Part shown: positions 63,424 to 64,000 of the stretch, one piece after another
Layout of the letters: every line of letters begins with the position of its first letter
Position numbering within the stretch: the stretch's first letter is position 1
Assembly (NCBI RefSeq): GCF_009914755.1
Contig: NC_060933.1
Reading direction: 5' to 3' (one strand)
From: the human T2T-CHM13v2.0 reference genome, Homo sapiens
DNA: 64,000 nucleotides
The notes under the pieces: model-generated
Seen by the model: the letters and a program-made list of their open reading frames with translations, nothing else
Told to the model about the DNA's origin: nothing
Databases searched by the model: none
Translations under genes and position numbers: made by a program

Positions 63424-64000
63424 CTGCGGGACGCACAGGGCCGGGCTCAGCGCGGAAGCGCGAGGCTCATTTCGCCCCGAGCGGGTTGGAGAGAGGCAAG
63501 CGGCTGCCTGGGAAGGCGGCCCCGGAGGAAGGCTCTGTCCGGCCCTGCAGGGTGGTCGCCAGCCTGGCCGCCGGGGCAGAGCTGCCCACTCCCACTGAGA
63601 AGGGAACCTCAATCTCAGAAAGACCTCGGGGAGCCCAGCCGCCATTGCCTGCAGGACCCATGCTGGATCTGGGAAGGTGAATCCGGAGGGAGAGGACCCA
63701 TCTGGGGCCAGTCCCTCACACCCCACAGCTGGAGCCATGAAGGCCACTGGGCCAGAGCCGCTGGGTGCCAGCATTAGGAACTAAAACATCACCAATTTCG
63801 GAGGAACTAAGTCCAGTAGAATCCTACAAATAGGGGTGTATCTTCTCTAATGACTGCTTCTGTGATTTAGGTAATAAATTGCTTTTTTTTCCAAATAATA
63901 CTTGCTGATGTCCCAGCCAGGCCCAGCCACCCAGGGAGCACCCATGGAGAGGCCCCACCCTTAATTTGGCCAGGCCACAGGGTGCCCTGCCTGGGTGACA

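Larger units (their letters stand above)
62110..63580. promoter_or_regulatory. Intragenic CpG island over LHX3 exons 3-5
   Basis: Very high GC content and dense CpG, typical of developmental transcription-factor gene bodies. Confidence 0.85.

Overview
This is primate genomic DNA, most likely human. It is very GC-rich and Alu-dense. The right end carries the last four exons of the LIM-homeobox gene LHX3 on the minus strand (second LIM domain, homeodomain, C-terminal domain, about 1.07 kb of 3' UTR and an AATAAA signal). From recall, LHX3 lies at subtelomeric 9q34.3. The other ~60 kb is LHX3 downstream sequence with no credible protein-coding gene; the many ORFs reflect high GC content, Alus and minisatellites. 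It holds about 25 Alus, old L1/L2/MIR/MLT fragments, several large VNTRs and a CpG island with no gene start nearby. It also has at least 15 short AT-rich islands packed with homeodomain (TAAT) motifs, which probably form an extended LHX3 3' enhancer landscape. I see no prokaryote-type novel system (no CRISPR array, operon or RNA gene). The best leads are (i) the enhancer islands and a recurring bipartite motif, (ii) an in-frame, stop-free 87-nt intron inside the homeodomain recognition helix, and (iii) an inverted templated insertion at an Alu tail. Repeat boundaries are approximate; exon boundaries were read base by base.
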